Positions 11,194-22,573 of a stretch of 64,000 nt of DNA are shown piece after piece. The position numbers and the translations under genes are program-made. A model generated the notes under the pieces. It saw nothing but the letters and a program-made list of their open reading frames with translations, did not search any database and had not been told where the DNA came from. Origin of the DNA: an uncultured Gammaproteobacteria bacterium (GTDB lineage Bacteria; Pseudomonadota; Gammaproteobacteria; UBA9214). Where the stretch lies: assembly GCA_963773065.1 (NCBI GenBank), contig CAVYZN010000011.1, forward strand, positions 32,001 to 96,000, read 5' to 3'. Each line of letters starts with the position of its first letter. Position 1 is the first letter of the stretch.

Positions 11194-12306
11194 ATGAAGA
11201 AGCTGACGGGAATGGGTGTGGGTTTGCTGCTTGCCGTGTTGCTCTCCGCCTGCGGTGGGGGTGGTGGGGGCGGTGAGCGGAGGCGGCGATATCGGTGTGG
11301 CGCTGCAGCCATTGGCTATCGACGCCACGAATGCCATGCAGGTGGCGGCTGCCGTCCTGGATGCCTCGGGGTTGGTCGTGGATGTGGGAGCCCCCGGTGG
11401 CCCGATCACGGGCGTTGCCGTGGAGGGGAACGGCGCGCAGGTCGATCTGGCGCAGGTCATTCGTGCGCAACTGGACCTGTTCTCGCTAGTGCGGGATCAG
11501 GCCGCCCTCGGTCTGGTCACGGGTGTGTCCATCACTCGCACGAGTCATTGTGATGGTCGACGGTACCGTCGAAATTTCCGGTGAGGTGGCCGATCAACGT
11601 CCACGACCCTCACGCCCGGAGACACCCTAACCGCGGTCTTCAAGAATTGTAACGACGGTGACGGTCTGGTGCTGAACGGTGAAATGGATATCCGCGTTCA
11701 GAGTTTTAGCGGGGATAGATTCGGACCCGGCATCGGATAACTTTTCGTGTCCCCTTACAATTTCACCTTCGATATCACGTTGACCAATCTTTCGGTGACC
11801 GAAGCTCGGGTCGACATTCACTACAAACGGGGAGCTTACCTGGACGGAGACCACTACGGATGGCATATTCTTCATCACGGATCTCTCCGGTAATTCCCTG
11901 TCGATAACGACATCGGATACCACCGATACCCTGGAAGATTATTTGATTAAGGCAACCTTCAATCAGACGACCACCGCGTATACCACGGACAGCGGTGGCG
12001 ATGATGGCAGTGGCGAGACCGTCTGTTGCGCCACGCTCGCGAGCACGGCGCTCGACGGTACCGTCGATTTCGACACCACGCTGCCCTTTGCCGGGGTCGG
12101 TAACAACTCCCCGGATCTCGGCGAGATGGATATCACCGGCGCCACAGTCGCGGGCGGCAACCCCATCCGAAGTCACGGTGCAGGCCGTGGATGCGCAGTG
12201 CGTGCGTCTGCTCGTCGATCCGGATGGTCAAGGGGTAACCGATACTATTCTCACCACTTGGGTATCCTTGCCGACGGGAGTCCAGGATTCATCTAGCTGT
12301 CCCTAA
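11194..12306 (+). CDS. hypothetical lipoprotein, Thr/Asp/Gly-rich beta protein (several apparent frameshifts)
   Basis: MKK...LLSAC lipobox followed by poly-Gly; plausible protein continues through successive frames to TAA at 12306. Confidence 0.65.
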
Positions 12307-12308
12307 TC

Positions 12309-13176
12309 GTGAGGCACTCCTCTCCCGGGTGCGGGCGTCAAGGCCCGCACCCTTTTTATCGTCTCCGGGTTGTTCTCGTCCTCCTGGTCTGCCTGCCGGG
12401 TGCGCTCCTGGCGGACGCAGGGAACGGATCGCGAGCCGGTCCACGCCTGGCTCGGCCCGGCCGCCATGGACTTCGACTACAAGGAATATGAGGACGGCGA
12501 GCGCCTCAACCATGAGCACGGCACGCTGTATGGCCTGGCCGGCGGCGTGCAGGCCGGCCGCAATGCCCTGCTGGTCGAGGGAGATCTTTCCTGGTTCGGC
12601 AATGACGTGCGCTATGACGGCCAGACCCAGGCCGGAGCGCCGGTCAAGACGCACACCGACGAGCATATCCTGGATGCTCTGGCCAGGGCCGGCTGGCGGT
12701 TCCGCCGCCAGGAACGGCTGCAGTACCAACTGTTCGGCGGGCTGGGCTACCGCTACTGGCAACGCGATATCAAATCAACGTCCGCGGCAACCGGTGTCAA
12801 TGAAACCTACACCTGGTGGTACGGTCTCCTTGGCGGGCGCGGTCTCTTCCTTGCGAATCCCCGCACGACCTGGCTGGCCGAGGCGCAGTTCATGCGGCCG
12901 CTCGATCCTGAAATCGAGGTTGATTTCAACAGCGGCCTCGATGACACCAGCCTGGATCTGGGCAGCGAGCCGGGGTTGCGGCTGTCGCTCGCATGGCAGC
13001 ACACCCTGAACTCCGGTTGGCGCCTGGATATCGTGCCGTTTTATGACGCCTGGGACATCGGCCGTAGCCAGAACCGCACGTTGAAGCAGAATGGCGTAGT
13101 AGTCGGTCGTGTGTTTGAGCCGCGCAGTGAAACCCGCAATTACGGCATCCAGGCCAGGCTGGGTGTTTCCTTCTGA
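12309..13176 (+). CDS. outer-membrane beta-barrel protein (5' frameshift likely)
   Basis: Alternating aromatic/Gly strands and C-terminal YGIQARLGVSF Bam signal; a hydrophobic leader lies in another frame. Confidence 0.65.
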
Positions 13177-13532
13177 GACACCGCCTGGCGGCGATAGCCT
13201 CGCGCCGTCCCTTACCGTTGCGCACCGGTCAGCGACAGCTCTGAAACCGAGGCCTCTTTCCAGAGCTTCCCATACCGGCAACGCCGTCATTCGGTTATAG
13301 TGTCGGCCTTTGGCGATAGGCTGGCAGCGGGTACTTGCAAAGATGACAGGGATACCTCCGGTAGTGACAGGCATTCGGACCGGCAAGCGCGTGTTCAATC
13401 CGGGTGTGGTACAGGCCTGCCCTCGTCCCGATTGCCTTACCGGGCGAGGCGGCACGGCTGCAGCGGCAACCGTCGTCACTATCGCAGGGTAACCACCCAC
13501 TTACTTCACGTAGTGCACACGGGGGTTGTCTG

Positions 13533-16251
13533 ATGAAAGCGCCCAGGGGGATTCTTGCCGGGCTGTTACTTACCGTGCTGCTGGTTGGCTGCGGTGGCGG
13601 GGGTGGTGGCGGCGGTGACGGTAACGTCGTTATCGCGCCGAGCAGTAACGCCACCCTTGCCGATCTCGACCTGTCGGCAGGCGCTCTTGACCCGGTGTTT
13701 CAGGCCAGCCAGTCCGACTACACCGCAACGGTGGGTTTTCTCACGACGGCGACGACGGTCACGCCGACAACGTCGGATGCCGCCGCCACCGTGAGCGTGA
13801 ACGGGGTAGCCGTGACATCGGGCAGCGCCAGCGCACCGATCCCGCTGGCCGTCGGCGAGAACCCCATCACGGTCAGCGTTACCGCTGAAGACGGGGTGAC
13901 CACCGGCACCTATACCCTTACCGTGACACGCCAGTCGGCCAGCAGTAACGCCACCCTTGCCGATCTCGACCTGTCGGCAGGCTCTCTCGACCCGGTGTTT
14001 CAGGCCAGCCAGTCCGACTACACCGCAACGGTCGGTTTTCTCACGGCGGCGACCACGGTCACGCCGACAACATCGGATGCCGTCTGCCACGGTAAGCGTG
14101 AACGGGGTAGACGTGACATCGGGCAGCGCCAGCGCACCGATCCCGCTGGCCGTCGGCGAGAACCCCATCACGGTCAGCGTTACCGCTGAAGACGGGGTGA
14201 CCACCGGCACCTATAGCCTCACCGTGACACGCCAGTCGGCGAGCAGCGACGCCACCCTTGCCGATCTCGACCTGTCGGCAGGCTCTCTTGACCCGGTGTT
14301 TCAGGCCAGCCAGTTCGACTACACCGCGACGGTCGGTTTTCTCACGACGGCGACCACGGTCACGCCGACAACATCGGATGCGTCTGCCACGGTAAGCGTG
14401 AACGGGGTAGACGTGACATCGGGCAGCGCCAGCGCACCGATCCCGCTGGCCGTCGGCGAGAACCCCATCACGGTCAGCGTTACCGCTGAAGACGGGGTGA
14501 CCACCGGCACCTATACCCTTACCGTGACACGCCAGTCGGCGAGCAGTGACGCCACCCTTGCCGATCTCGACCTGTCGGCAGGCTCACTTGACCCGGTGTT
14601 TCAGGCCAGCCAGTCCGACTACACAGCAACGGTCGGTTTTCTCACGGCGGCAGACGACGGTCACGCCGACGACGTCGGATGCCGCCGCCACGGTGAGCGT
14701 GAACGGGGTAGACGTCACATCGGGCAGCGCCAGCGCACCGATCCCGCTGGCCGTCGGCGAGAACCCCATCACGGTCAGCGTTACCGCTGAAGACGGGGTG
14801 ACCACCGGCACCTATAGCATCACCGTGACACGCCAGTCGGCAAACGACTTTGCCCAGCAGGCCTATATCAAGGCATCCAATACCGGCAGTGGCGATCAAT
14901 TCGGCTACAGCATTGCCCTGTCCGGCGATACGCTCGCCGTGGGGGCGCTTTCACGAGGACAGCGGCGCGACCGGCATCGACGGCAACGGGAGCGACAACA
15001 CTGCGCCCGAGTCCGGCGCCGTATACGTATTCATCCGCAATGGCGCGGCGTGGTCTCAGCAGGCCTATATCAAGGCCTCCAATACCGAGCAGTAACGACC
15101 GTTTCGGCATCAGCCTCGCCCTATCCGGCGATACGCTGGCCGTAGGGGCCTATCTGGAAGACAGCCAGGCGACCGGCATCGACGGTAACCAGAGCGACAA
15201 CAACCTCTCCGGAAGCGGGGCGGTGTACGTGTTCACCCGCAGCGGCACGGTGTGGAGCCAGCAGGCCTATCTCAAGGCTTCCAATACCGGCAGTGATGAT
15301 GACTTTGGCTGGAGCGTCGCGCTCTCCGGCGACACGCTGGCTGTTGGAGCGACCGGGGAGGCCAGCAACGCGACCGGCATCGACGGCAACCAGACCGACA
15401 AGAGCCTGGCCCGAGGCCGGCGCCGTGTACGTCTTCACCCGCAACGGCACGGTGTGGAGCCAGCAGGCCTATCTCAAGGCCTCCAATACCGACAGCGACG
15501 ACAACTTCGGCTATTCGGTCGCGCTCGCCGGCGATACGCTCGCCGTAGGGGCCGACCAGGAAGCGAGCAAGGCGACCGGCATCTGGCAGCCAGAGTGACC
15601 AGAACGACAACAGCTTTCCCAACGCCGGCGCCGTTTACGTGTTCATCCGCAACGGCGCTGTGTGGTCCCAGCAGGCCTATCTCAAGGCCTCCAATACCGG
15701 GAGTGATGATGTCTTCGGCTGGAGCCTTGCCCTCTCCGGGGACACCCTGGCGGTCGGTGCTCCGAGCGAGGCCAGCAGCGCCAGCGGCATCGACGGCAAC
15801 CAGAACGATGACAGCGCGCCGTTTTCCGGCGCTGTGTACGTGTTCACCCGCAGCGGCGTCGCGTGGTCCCAACAGGCCTATGTCAAGGCGTCCAATACCG
15901 GCAGTAATGATTTCTTTGGCTGGAGTCTCGCCTTACTCCGGCGATATGCTCGCCGTGGGCGCGAAGGGTGAGGCCAGCAACGCGACCGGCATTGGCGGCG
16001 ACGAGAGCGACGACAGCCAGGTCAGCGGCGCCGTGTACGTGTTCAGCCGCAGCGGCACGGTGTGGTCGCAGCAGGCCTACATCAAGGCCGCCGCCACCGA
16101 TAGCGGGGATTTTTTTGGTTACAGTGTCGCCCTCTCCGCTAACACGCTGGCCGCGGGAGCGCCGGGGGAGGACAGCAACGCCACCGGCATCGACGGCGAT
16201 GCCGGCGACAACAGCCTGAGCGGCGCCGGCGCCGCCTACGTCTTCCAGTAA
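13533..16251 (+). CDS. large lipoprotein with 4 cadherin-like beta-sandwich domains and 7 FG-GAP/integrin-alpha repeats (frameshifted in this assembly)
   Basis: LLVGC lipobox + poly-Gly; SSNATLADL...VTAEDG..TYTLTVTR repeats; QQAYIKASNT..D.FG.SVALSGDTLAVGA repeats. Confidence 0.8.
13641..14842 (+). repeat. 4 near-identical tandem 300-bp coding repeats
   Basis: Units start at about 13641, 13941, 14242 and 14542 with AGCAG(T/C)(A/G)ACGCCACCCTTGCCGATCTCGACCTG. Confidence 0.95.
14855..16248 (+). repeat. 7 diverged ~200-bp FG-GAP coding repeats
   Basis: CAGCAGGCCTA..TCAAGGC recurs near 14855, 15057, 15259, 15461, 15669, 15870 and 16069. Confidence 0.9.
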
Positions 16252-16428
16252 GTATTCTGTCCGCGTGTTTTCCCGGTCCCATGGTCCGGGGGCAGGTCCG
16301 TTCCCTTGTACGCCCCGACCTTGTATATTACCCGGCTTTGTTCCCGCCGGTTCCGATTCCGTGGCAACGTTCCCCTGGCCGTTTCACAGGCGGTCGTAAG
16401 GTACTCAAGGGCCTGACCCGAGGTAGGC

Positions 16429-17400
16429 ATGGCAGTTAGAAATCGTCTGCACCGCAGTGAACTGGCCGTTCCCGGCAGCAATCTGCGCATGCTGGAGAAG
16501 GCGCCGACGGCGGGCGCCGATGTGGTCTTCCTCGATCTCGAGGATGCCGTGGCGCCGGATGACAAGGCGCAGGCGCGCAAGAACGTGATCGAGGCGCTGA
16601 ACGATATGGACTGGTCGCGCTGCTCGGTCTCCGTGCGCATCAACGGGCTGGACACCCGGTATTGCTACCGTGACATCGTCGACGTGGTCGAGCAGGCGGG
16701 CGACAAGCTGGACACCCTCCTGATACCCAAGGTCAACCGGCCGGCCGATATTCTCTTCGTGTCCACCCTGCTGGAGCAGATCGAGGCCGCCCGGGGTCTT
16801 GAACCCATCAACCTCCACATCTTGATCGAAACTGCCCTGGGCATGGCGAATGTCGAAAGCATCGCGCAAACCTGCCCGGAACGGCTTGAAGCGATGGTCT
16901 TCGGAGTGGCCGATTATGCCGCCTCCACGCAGGCGCGCACCACGCAGATGGGCGGGGCCAACCCGGATTACGCGGTGCTGACCCATCCGGATGCGGGCGG
17001 CCGGCGGGAAGGCCACTGGGGCGACCAGTGGCATTACGCCATCTCGCGCCTGGTGGTGGCCTGCCGCGCCTACGGGCTGCGCCCGATCGACGGGCCGTTC
17101 GGCGATATCCAGGACCCGGAGGGATTCCTCGCCGTGGCGCGCAGCGTGGCGGCGCTCGGCGTCGAGGGGAAATGGGCCATCCATCCCTCGCAGATCGAAT
17201 TGGCCAACCGGGTGTTTACCCCGGGGGAGGCCGAGGTCGAGCGCGCGCGGCGCATCCTGGACGCCATGGCCGAGGCGGCCCGGGCGGGGCGCGGGGCGGT
17301 GGCGCTTGACGGGCGGTTGATCGATGCCGCCTCGATCCGCCAGGCGCAGGTCCTGGTCGACACCGCCGACCAGATCCGCAATTCACTGGCGGCCCGCTAG
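16429..17400 (+). CDS. mcl: L-malyl-CoA lyase
   Basis: RLHRSELAVPGSN, LDLEDAVAPDDK, GDQWHYAISRLVVAC and GKWAIHPSQI motifs. Confidence 0.85.
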   Translation: MAVRNRLHRSELAVPGSNLRMLEKAPTAGADVVFLDLEDAVAPDDKAQARKNVIEALNDMDWSRCSVSVRINGLDTRYCYRDIVDVVEQAGDKLDTLLIPKVNRPADILFVSTLLEQIEAARGLEPINLHILIETALGMANVESIAQTCPERLEAMVFGVADYAASTQARTTQMGGANPDYAVLTHPDAGGRREGHWGDQWHYAISRLVVACRAYGLRPIDGPFGDIQDPEGFLAVARSVAALGVEGKWAIHPSQIELANRVFTPGEAEVERARRILDAMAEAARAGRGAVALDGRLIDAASIRQAQVLVDTADQIRNSLAAR

Positions 17401-17421
17401 CCCGGAGCCGGGGTCATCGCG

Positions 17422-18594
17422 TTGAACATCCACGAATACCAGACCAAGGAATTGCTGAAGAAATACGGCGTGCGGGTGCCGGAAGGCCGGGTCGCGCACA
17501 CCGTGGACAACGCCGCAACCGCGGCCGAGGAACTCGGCGGCGAGCGCTGGGTGGTCAAGGCGCAGATCCATGCCGGCGGGCGCGGCAAGGGCGGCGGCAT
17601 CAGGGTGGCCGGGTCTATCGACGAGGTCAGGCACTACGCCGACCAACTGATCGGCAGCCACCTGGTCACCCCCCAGACCGGGGCCGCGGGGCGGCTGGTG
17701 CAGCGCGTCCTGGTCGAACAGGCCATCAGGATTCACAAGGAATACTACCTCGGCCTGGTGATCGACCGTGGCACGCAGCGCATCACGGTCATCGCCTGCG
17801 AAGCCGGAGGCATGGACATCGAGGAGGCGGCCGCGCGGCACCCCGAGCAGATCATCCGGGAGGCGGTCGATCCCGCGGTCGGCTTGATGGATTTCCAGTG
17901 CCGCAAGATCGCCGCGAAGATCGGCCTCACCGGCCGGCAGATACCGGAGGCGACGAAACTGATGCAGGCCCTCTACCGCTGCTTCCGGGACAACGATGCA
18001 CTGCTCGCCGAGATCAATCCGCTGGCGGTGGTGGACGAGGGACAGTTGATGGCGCTGGATGCCAAGATGTCCTTTGACGGCAATGCCCTGTACCGGCGCG
18101 AGCAGATCACGGCGATGCGCGATTTCGACGAGGAAGACCCGAAGGAAGTGGAGGCCACCGGGCACGGGCTCAACTACATCGCCCTCGACGGCGATGTCGG
18201 CTGCATCGTCAACGGCGCGGGCCTGGCCATGGCCACCATGGATGCCATCAGCTTCCATGGCGGCAAGCCGGCGAACTTTCTCGATGTCGGCGGCGGCGCC
18301 TCGCCCGAGAAGGTCGGGAACGCCTTCCGCATCGTGCTGCAGGACCCGAACGTCAGGATCATCCTGGTGAATATCTTCGCCGGCATCAACCGCTGCGACT
18401 GGATCGCGGCAGGCCTGGTGCAGGCCATGCGCGACCTCAATATCGGCATACCGATCGTGGTGCGCCTGGCGGGCACCAACGTCGAGCAGGGCAGGGCGAT
18501 ACTCGCCGCCTCGGCGTTCCCCTTCATCATGGCCGACAATCTCGACGATGCGGCCACCCGGGTGATGGCCGCCCTGCGGGGAACGCCGGCATGA
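17422..18594 (+). CDS. mtkA: malate thiokinase large subunit
   Basis: SucC fold with NIFAGINRCDW variant; adjacent to mcl; TTG start. Confidence 0.8.
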   Translation: MNIHEYQTKELLKKYGVRVPEGRVAHTVDNAATAAEELGGERWVVKAQIHAGGRGKGGGIRVAGSIDEVRHYADQLIGSHLVTPQTGAAGRLVQRVLVEQAIRIHKEYYLGLVIDRGTQRITVIACEAGGMDIEEAAARHPEQIIREAVDPAVGLMDFQCRKIAAKIGLTGRQIPEATKLMQALYRCFRDNDALLAEINPLAVVDEGQLMALDAKMSFDGNALYRREQITAMRDFDEEDPKEVEATGHGLNYIALDGDVGCIVNGAGLAMATMDAISFHGGKPANFLDVGGGASPEKVGNAFRIVLQDPNVRIILVNIFAGINRCDWIAAGLVQAMRDLNIGIPIVVRLAGTNVEQGRAILAASAFPFIMADNLDDAATRVMAALRGTPA

Positions 18595-19460
18595 GCGTGT
18601 TCGTCCACCGGGATACGCGGGTCATACTGCAGGGGTTTACCGGCCAGCACGCGACCTTCCACGCGCAGGAGTCCATGCAAAATGGGACCAACGTCGTGGG
18701 GGGCGTCACGCCCGGCAAGGGCGGCATGACCCATCTCGACCGGCCGGTGTTCGATACCGTGCACCAGGCCGTGCAGGAAACCGGCGCTGAGGTCAGCGGT
18801 ATCTTCGTGCCGGCTCCGTTCGCCGCCGACGCCATCATGGAGGCGCTGGAGGCGGGCATCCGCGTCATCGTGGTGATCGCCGATGGCGTGCCGGTGCAGG
18901 ACATGGTGCGCGTGAAACGCTACGCGGCGGACAAGAACGCCGTCATCATCGGACCGAACACGCCCGGCGTGATCACCCCGGGCGCCTGCAAGGTCGGCAT
19001 CATGCCCTCGCCTATCTACCGGGCGGGACGCATCGGCGTGGTTTCGCGTTCCGGCACGCTCAATTACGAGGCCGTGCAGCAGATGACCGAACTCGGCCTG
19101 GGGCAGTCGACCTGTGTCGGCATCGGCGGCGACCCCGTCAACGGCGCCGATTTCGTGACCGTGCTGCGCGCCTTCGAAGCGGACCCCGACACCGACGCCG
19201 TCGTCATGATCGGCGAGATCGGCGGGCCGCAGGAGGTGGACGCGGCGCGCTGGGCCAGGGAGAATATGCGCAAGCCGCTGGTGGGTTTCGTGGCCGGCGT
19301 ATCGGCCCCGCCCGGACGGCGCATGGGACACGCGGGTGCTATCATTTCGGGACAGTCCGACACGGCGAACGCCAAGATGGACCTCATGGAGGAACTCGGC
19401 GTCCACGTGGTGCGCAATCCGGCCCTGATCGGCGCGACGGCGCGCCGGGTGTTTTCCTGA
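18591..19460 (+). CDS. mtkB: malate thiokinase small subunit
   Basis: SucD fold (GVTPGKGG, RMGHAGA) with SGTLNYE variant; overlaps the mtkA stop. Confidence 0.8.
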   Translation: MSVFVHRDTRVILQGFTGQHATFHAQESMQNGTNVVGGVTPGKGGMTHLDRPVFDTVHQAVQETGAEVSGIFVPAPFAADAIMEALEAGIRVIVVIADGVPVQDMVRVKRYAADKNAVIIGPNTPGVITPGACKVGIMPSPIYRAGRIGVVSRSGTLNYEAVQQMTELGLGQSTCVGIGGDPVNGADFVTVLRAFEADPDTDAVVMIGEIGGPQEVDAARWARENMRKPLVGFVAGVSAPPGRRMGHAGAIISGQSDTANAKMDLMEELGVHVVRNPALIGATARRVFS

Positions 19461-19637
19461 AGCCGTTGCACCACCGGTTTCCCGGGCCGGGTTTCAAGGC
19501 CGCGAGCCGTTCACAAGCGGCAGGGCGGCATTGCCTGGCCACCGGCATCGGCGTTAAACTACGAGCTTATGTATATATACTAACCCGCGTTTTCAGACGG
19601 GTTTCTTGTAATAGCAGGATGACTGACGGAGTGTTGC

Positions 19638-20069
19638 ATGGCAATCGAGCGGACCTTGTCCATTATCAAGCCGGACGCAGTGGCGAAGAACCTCATCGGC
19701 GAGATTTACAGCCGCTTCGAAAAGAACGGCCTGCGCATCATCGCCGCCCGCATGCTGCAACTGACCCGGGCGCAGGCCGAGGGTTTCTACGCCGTGCACC
19801 GGGGACGTCCGTTCTACCAGGACCTGGTGGAATTCATGACCTCCGGTCCGGTGGTCGTGCAGGTGCTCGAGGGCGAGGGTGCGGTCAACAAAAACCGCGA
19901 ATTGATGGGGGCGACCAATCCCCGGGATGCCGCGCCCGGCACGATCCGGGCCGACTTTGCCACCACCGTGGATGAAAATGCCGTGCATGGCTCCGATGGA
20001 CCGGATACCGCGAAACAGGAAATCGCGTTTTTCTTCGGGGACGGCGGCATCTGTCCGAGGACCCGGTAG
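19638..20069 (+). CDS. ndk: nucleoside-diphosphate kinase
   Basis: IIKPDAV and NAVHGSD motifs. Confidence 0.97.
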   Translation: MAIERTLSIIKPDAVAKNLIGEIYSRFEKNGLRIIAARMLQLTRAQAEGFYAVHRGRPFYQDLVEFMTSGPVVVQVLEGEGAVNKNRELMGATNPRDAAPGTIRADFATTVDENAVHGSDGPDTAKQEIAFFFGDGGICPRTR

Positions 20070-20095
20070 AACCCGCCCCCGGGTAGCCGCCAGCT

Positions 20096-21214
20096 ATGAG
20101 CCTGCTTATGTCGGTTGAGCAAAAAACCAACCTCCTGGATCTGAACCGCCCGGAGATGGAGGCGTTTTTCATCGCCCAGGGCGAGAAGGGCTTTCGCGCC
20201 GCGCAGGTGATGAAATGGATCCATGGCCGGTGCGTGGCCGACTTCGATGCCATGACCAACCTCGGCAAGGGGTTGCGCGCCGGCCTTAGGGATTACGCGG
20301 AAATCCGCCTGCCGGAGATCGTCGCGGATCAGCGTTCCGACGACGGTTCCCGCAAATGGCTGCTGCGCCTGGCGGATGGCAACTGCATCGAAACCGTATT
20401 CATTCCCGAAACCGGGCGGGGTACCCTGTGTGTCTCCTCGCAAGTCGGCTGCATGCTCAACTGCAGTTTTTGTTCCACCGCGCAGCAGGGTTTCAACCGC
20501 AACCTGACCACCGGCGAAATCATCGCGCAGCTCTGGCAGGCCGCGAACGCCCTCGGCCATCGGTCCGATGGCACGCGCCTGATCTCCAACGTGGTCTTGA
20601 TGGGCATGGGTGAACCCCTGCTCAACTACGACAATGTGCTTCGCGCCATGCAGGTGATGCTGGACGATTTCGGCTACGGCCTGTCCAAGCGCCGCATCAC
20701 GCTCAGTACCGCCGGCATCGTTCCGGCCATCCGCCGGCTGCGCCAGGACTGTGACGTCAGCCTGGCCGTGTCCCTGCATGCGCCGGATGATCTGCTGCGC
20801 GATGAACTGGTGCCCCTGAACCGCAAATACCCCATCCAGGAATTGCTGGCCGCCTGCCGTGACTATGTGGGTGAGGACAGCCGCCGCCGCGTCACCTTTG
20901 AATACGTGCTGCTGGCGGGGATCAATGACAGCGACGCCCATGCGCGCCGGCTGATCCGTCTCCTGGAAGGGGTGCCGGCCAAGGTCAACCTGATTCCCTT
21001 CAATCCCTTCCCGAATACCCGCTACCGGTGCAGTCCGCCGGAAACCATAGACCGGTTTTTCTCACTGCTCAACCGGGCGGGCATCGTGACGATTACCCGC
21101 AAAACGCGCGGAGACGACATCGATGCGGCCTGTGGACAGCTCGCCGGGCGTTTTCAGGATCGAACGCAACGCCGCGCCCGCTCACTGGCGACGCAGCCGA
21201 GGACACATGCATGA
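20096..21214 (+). CDS. rlmN: 23S rRNA/tRNA m2A methyltransferase
   Basis: [21 protein letters not shown] and DAACGQL motifs. Confidence 0.96.
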   Translation: MSLLMSVEQKTNLLDLNRPEMEAFFIAQGEKGFRAAQVMKWIHGRCVADFDAMTNLGKGLRAGLRDYAEIRLPEIVADQRSDDGSRKWLLRLADGNCIETVFIPETGRGTLCVSSQVGCMLNCSFCSTAQQGFNRNLTTGEIIAQLWQAANALGHRSDGTRLISNVVLMGMGEPLLNYDNVLRAMQVMLDDFGYGLSKRRITLSTAGIVPAIRRLRQDCDVSLAVSLHAPDDLLRDELVPLNRKYPIQELLAACRDYVGEDSRRRVTFEYVLLAGINDSDAHARRLIRLLEGVPAKVNLIPFNPFPNTRYRCSPPETIDRFFSLLNRAGIVTITRKTRGDDIDAACGQLAGRFQDRTQRRARSLATQPRTHA

Positions 21215-21985
21215 ACAGTCATTTCTACAGAGTGCCGGCGGCAATCCTGGTGCTTGCCCTCACCGCCTGCAGCACCAATCCGGCCGGCAGTGAAAGCCTC
21301 AGGCCAGGCGCATCGCCGATACCAACATTCAACTGGGCATCGCCTACATGCGACAGGGCGACTACGATACGGCGCTCGTTAAATTACAAAAAGCGCTGAA
21401 GGCGGACCCGGATTCGGCCACGGCCAATGGCACGCTTGCGCTTCTTTATGAAAACATCGGGGAGAACGATCTCGCTGAAAAGCATTTCAAGACGGCGCTG
21501 CGACTTTCACCGCAGGATCCACAGACGCACAACAATTACGGCCAGTACCTGTGCCGCCACGGCGAATACACCCAGGCGCTGGAGCAGTTCAAGATCGCGG
21601 CCAGCGATCCGCTCTATCCCGGCGTTGCGGCGTCCCTCACGAATGCCGGCATCTGTGCCGGCAGTATCCCCGACGCCAAGCAGGCGGAGGATTATTTCCG
21701 CAAGGCCCTGGAACACGATCAGAACTACGGCTATGCCTTGCTGCAGATGGCCAACCTCATGTTCACGCAAGGCAATAACATGGCCGCGCGCGCCTACATT
21801 CAGCGCTTCGATGGAGTGTCAACACCCAGCGCGGAGAGCCTGTGGCTCGGCGTGCGCATCGAGAACACAATCGGCGACATGAGCGCGGCGGGCGACTACG
21901 CGATGCAGCTCAAGAACAATTTCCCGAAAACCAAGGAGGCGGAAAGCCTGCGGGAGTTGGAGAATGAACACCCCGCCGGCAGTGA
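21211..21985 (+). CDS. pilW: type IV pilus biogenesis/stability TPR lipoprotein PilW/PilF (apparent frameshifts)
   Basis: LTAC lipobox, [26 protein letters not shown]; synteny after rlmN. Confidence 0.85.
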
Positions 21986-22496
21986 CGATGACGGCAGGAA
22001 GCCGGCGGACGGCGATGGCGGCGCGATCGGGGCCAGGCTGCGCGCGGCGCGCAACCAGTGCAATCTCCAGATCGAACAGGTTGCCAGCGAACTGCATCTG
22101 GATGCGCGCATCATCACGGCCATCGAAAATGACGACCTGACGGCGTTGCCGGAACCGATCTTCGTGCAGGGTTATCTGCGCAGTTACGCGCGCCTGGTAG
22201 GTTTGCCGGCGGATGAGATGGTGCGCCGCTATTGCGCGCAGGGGACGAACCCGCCGCCTCTGTCGGTGATAGGACTGGGAACGAGGCGCAAGGCGCCGTT
22301 GTTGTCGCTGCCCTCGGCAAGGCTGATACGCAACGTTATCCTGGTGCTGCTGGCGGGGATACTGATCTGGCTTGCCTACCCCTTGGTCGAGCGGCTCATC
22401 GTGACGCGCGGCGAGGAGACGCAGGAACAGCCGCCGGGGCGCCTCGACCTGCCGCCGATATTCGAAGAAGAACCCCGTTCCGAACCGTCGAGATAG
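21964..22496 (+). CDS. rodZ: RodZ-like HTH membrane protein, short (no periplasmic domain)
   Basis: GARLRAAR...FVQGYLRSYARLVGL HTH, one TM segment, only about 35 aa after the TM. Confidence 0.75.
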
Positions 22497-22573
22497 CCTG
22501 ACCATGCACACCGTCAACGGCCCCGTGGGCGCGTCCCCGACTCAGCACACCGGCGGGCGGGGGCGGCGAAATC

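Noticed and set aside
13177-13532. Riboswitch upstream of the adhesin
   Set aside because: Only a simple AGCTCTG/CAGAGCT hairpin; no c-di-GMP or other aptamer consensus recognised
13641-16248. CRISPR array or diversity-generating retroelement repeats
   Set aside because: The repeats are in-frame protein domains without spacers; no cas or reverse transcriptase gene, and no evident adenine-specific variation
17422-19460. sucCD (succinyl-CoA synthetase)
   Set aside because: The NIFAGINRCDW and GTLNYE variants and adjacency to mcl favour malate thiokinase; no sucAB nearby
21348-22496. Apparent PilW-RodZ fusion ORF (382 aa)
   Set aside because: One missing base near the C-run at about 21970 would both give PilW a stop (TGA 21983-21985) and put ATG 21964 in frame with RodZ; most likely an indel artefact
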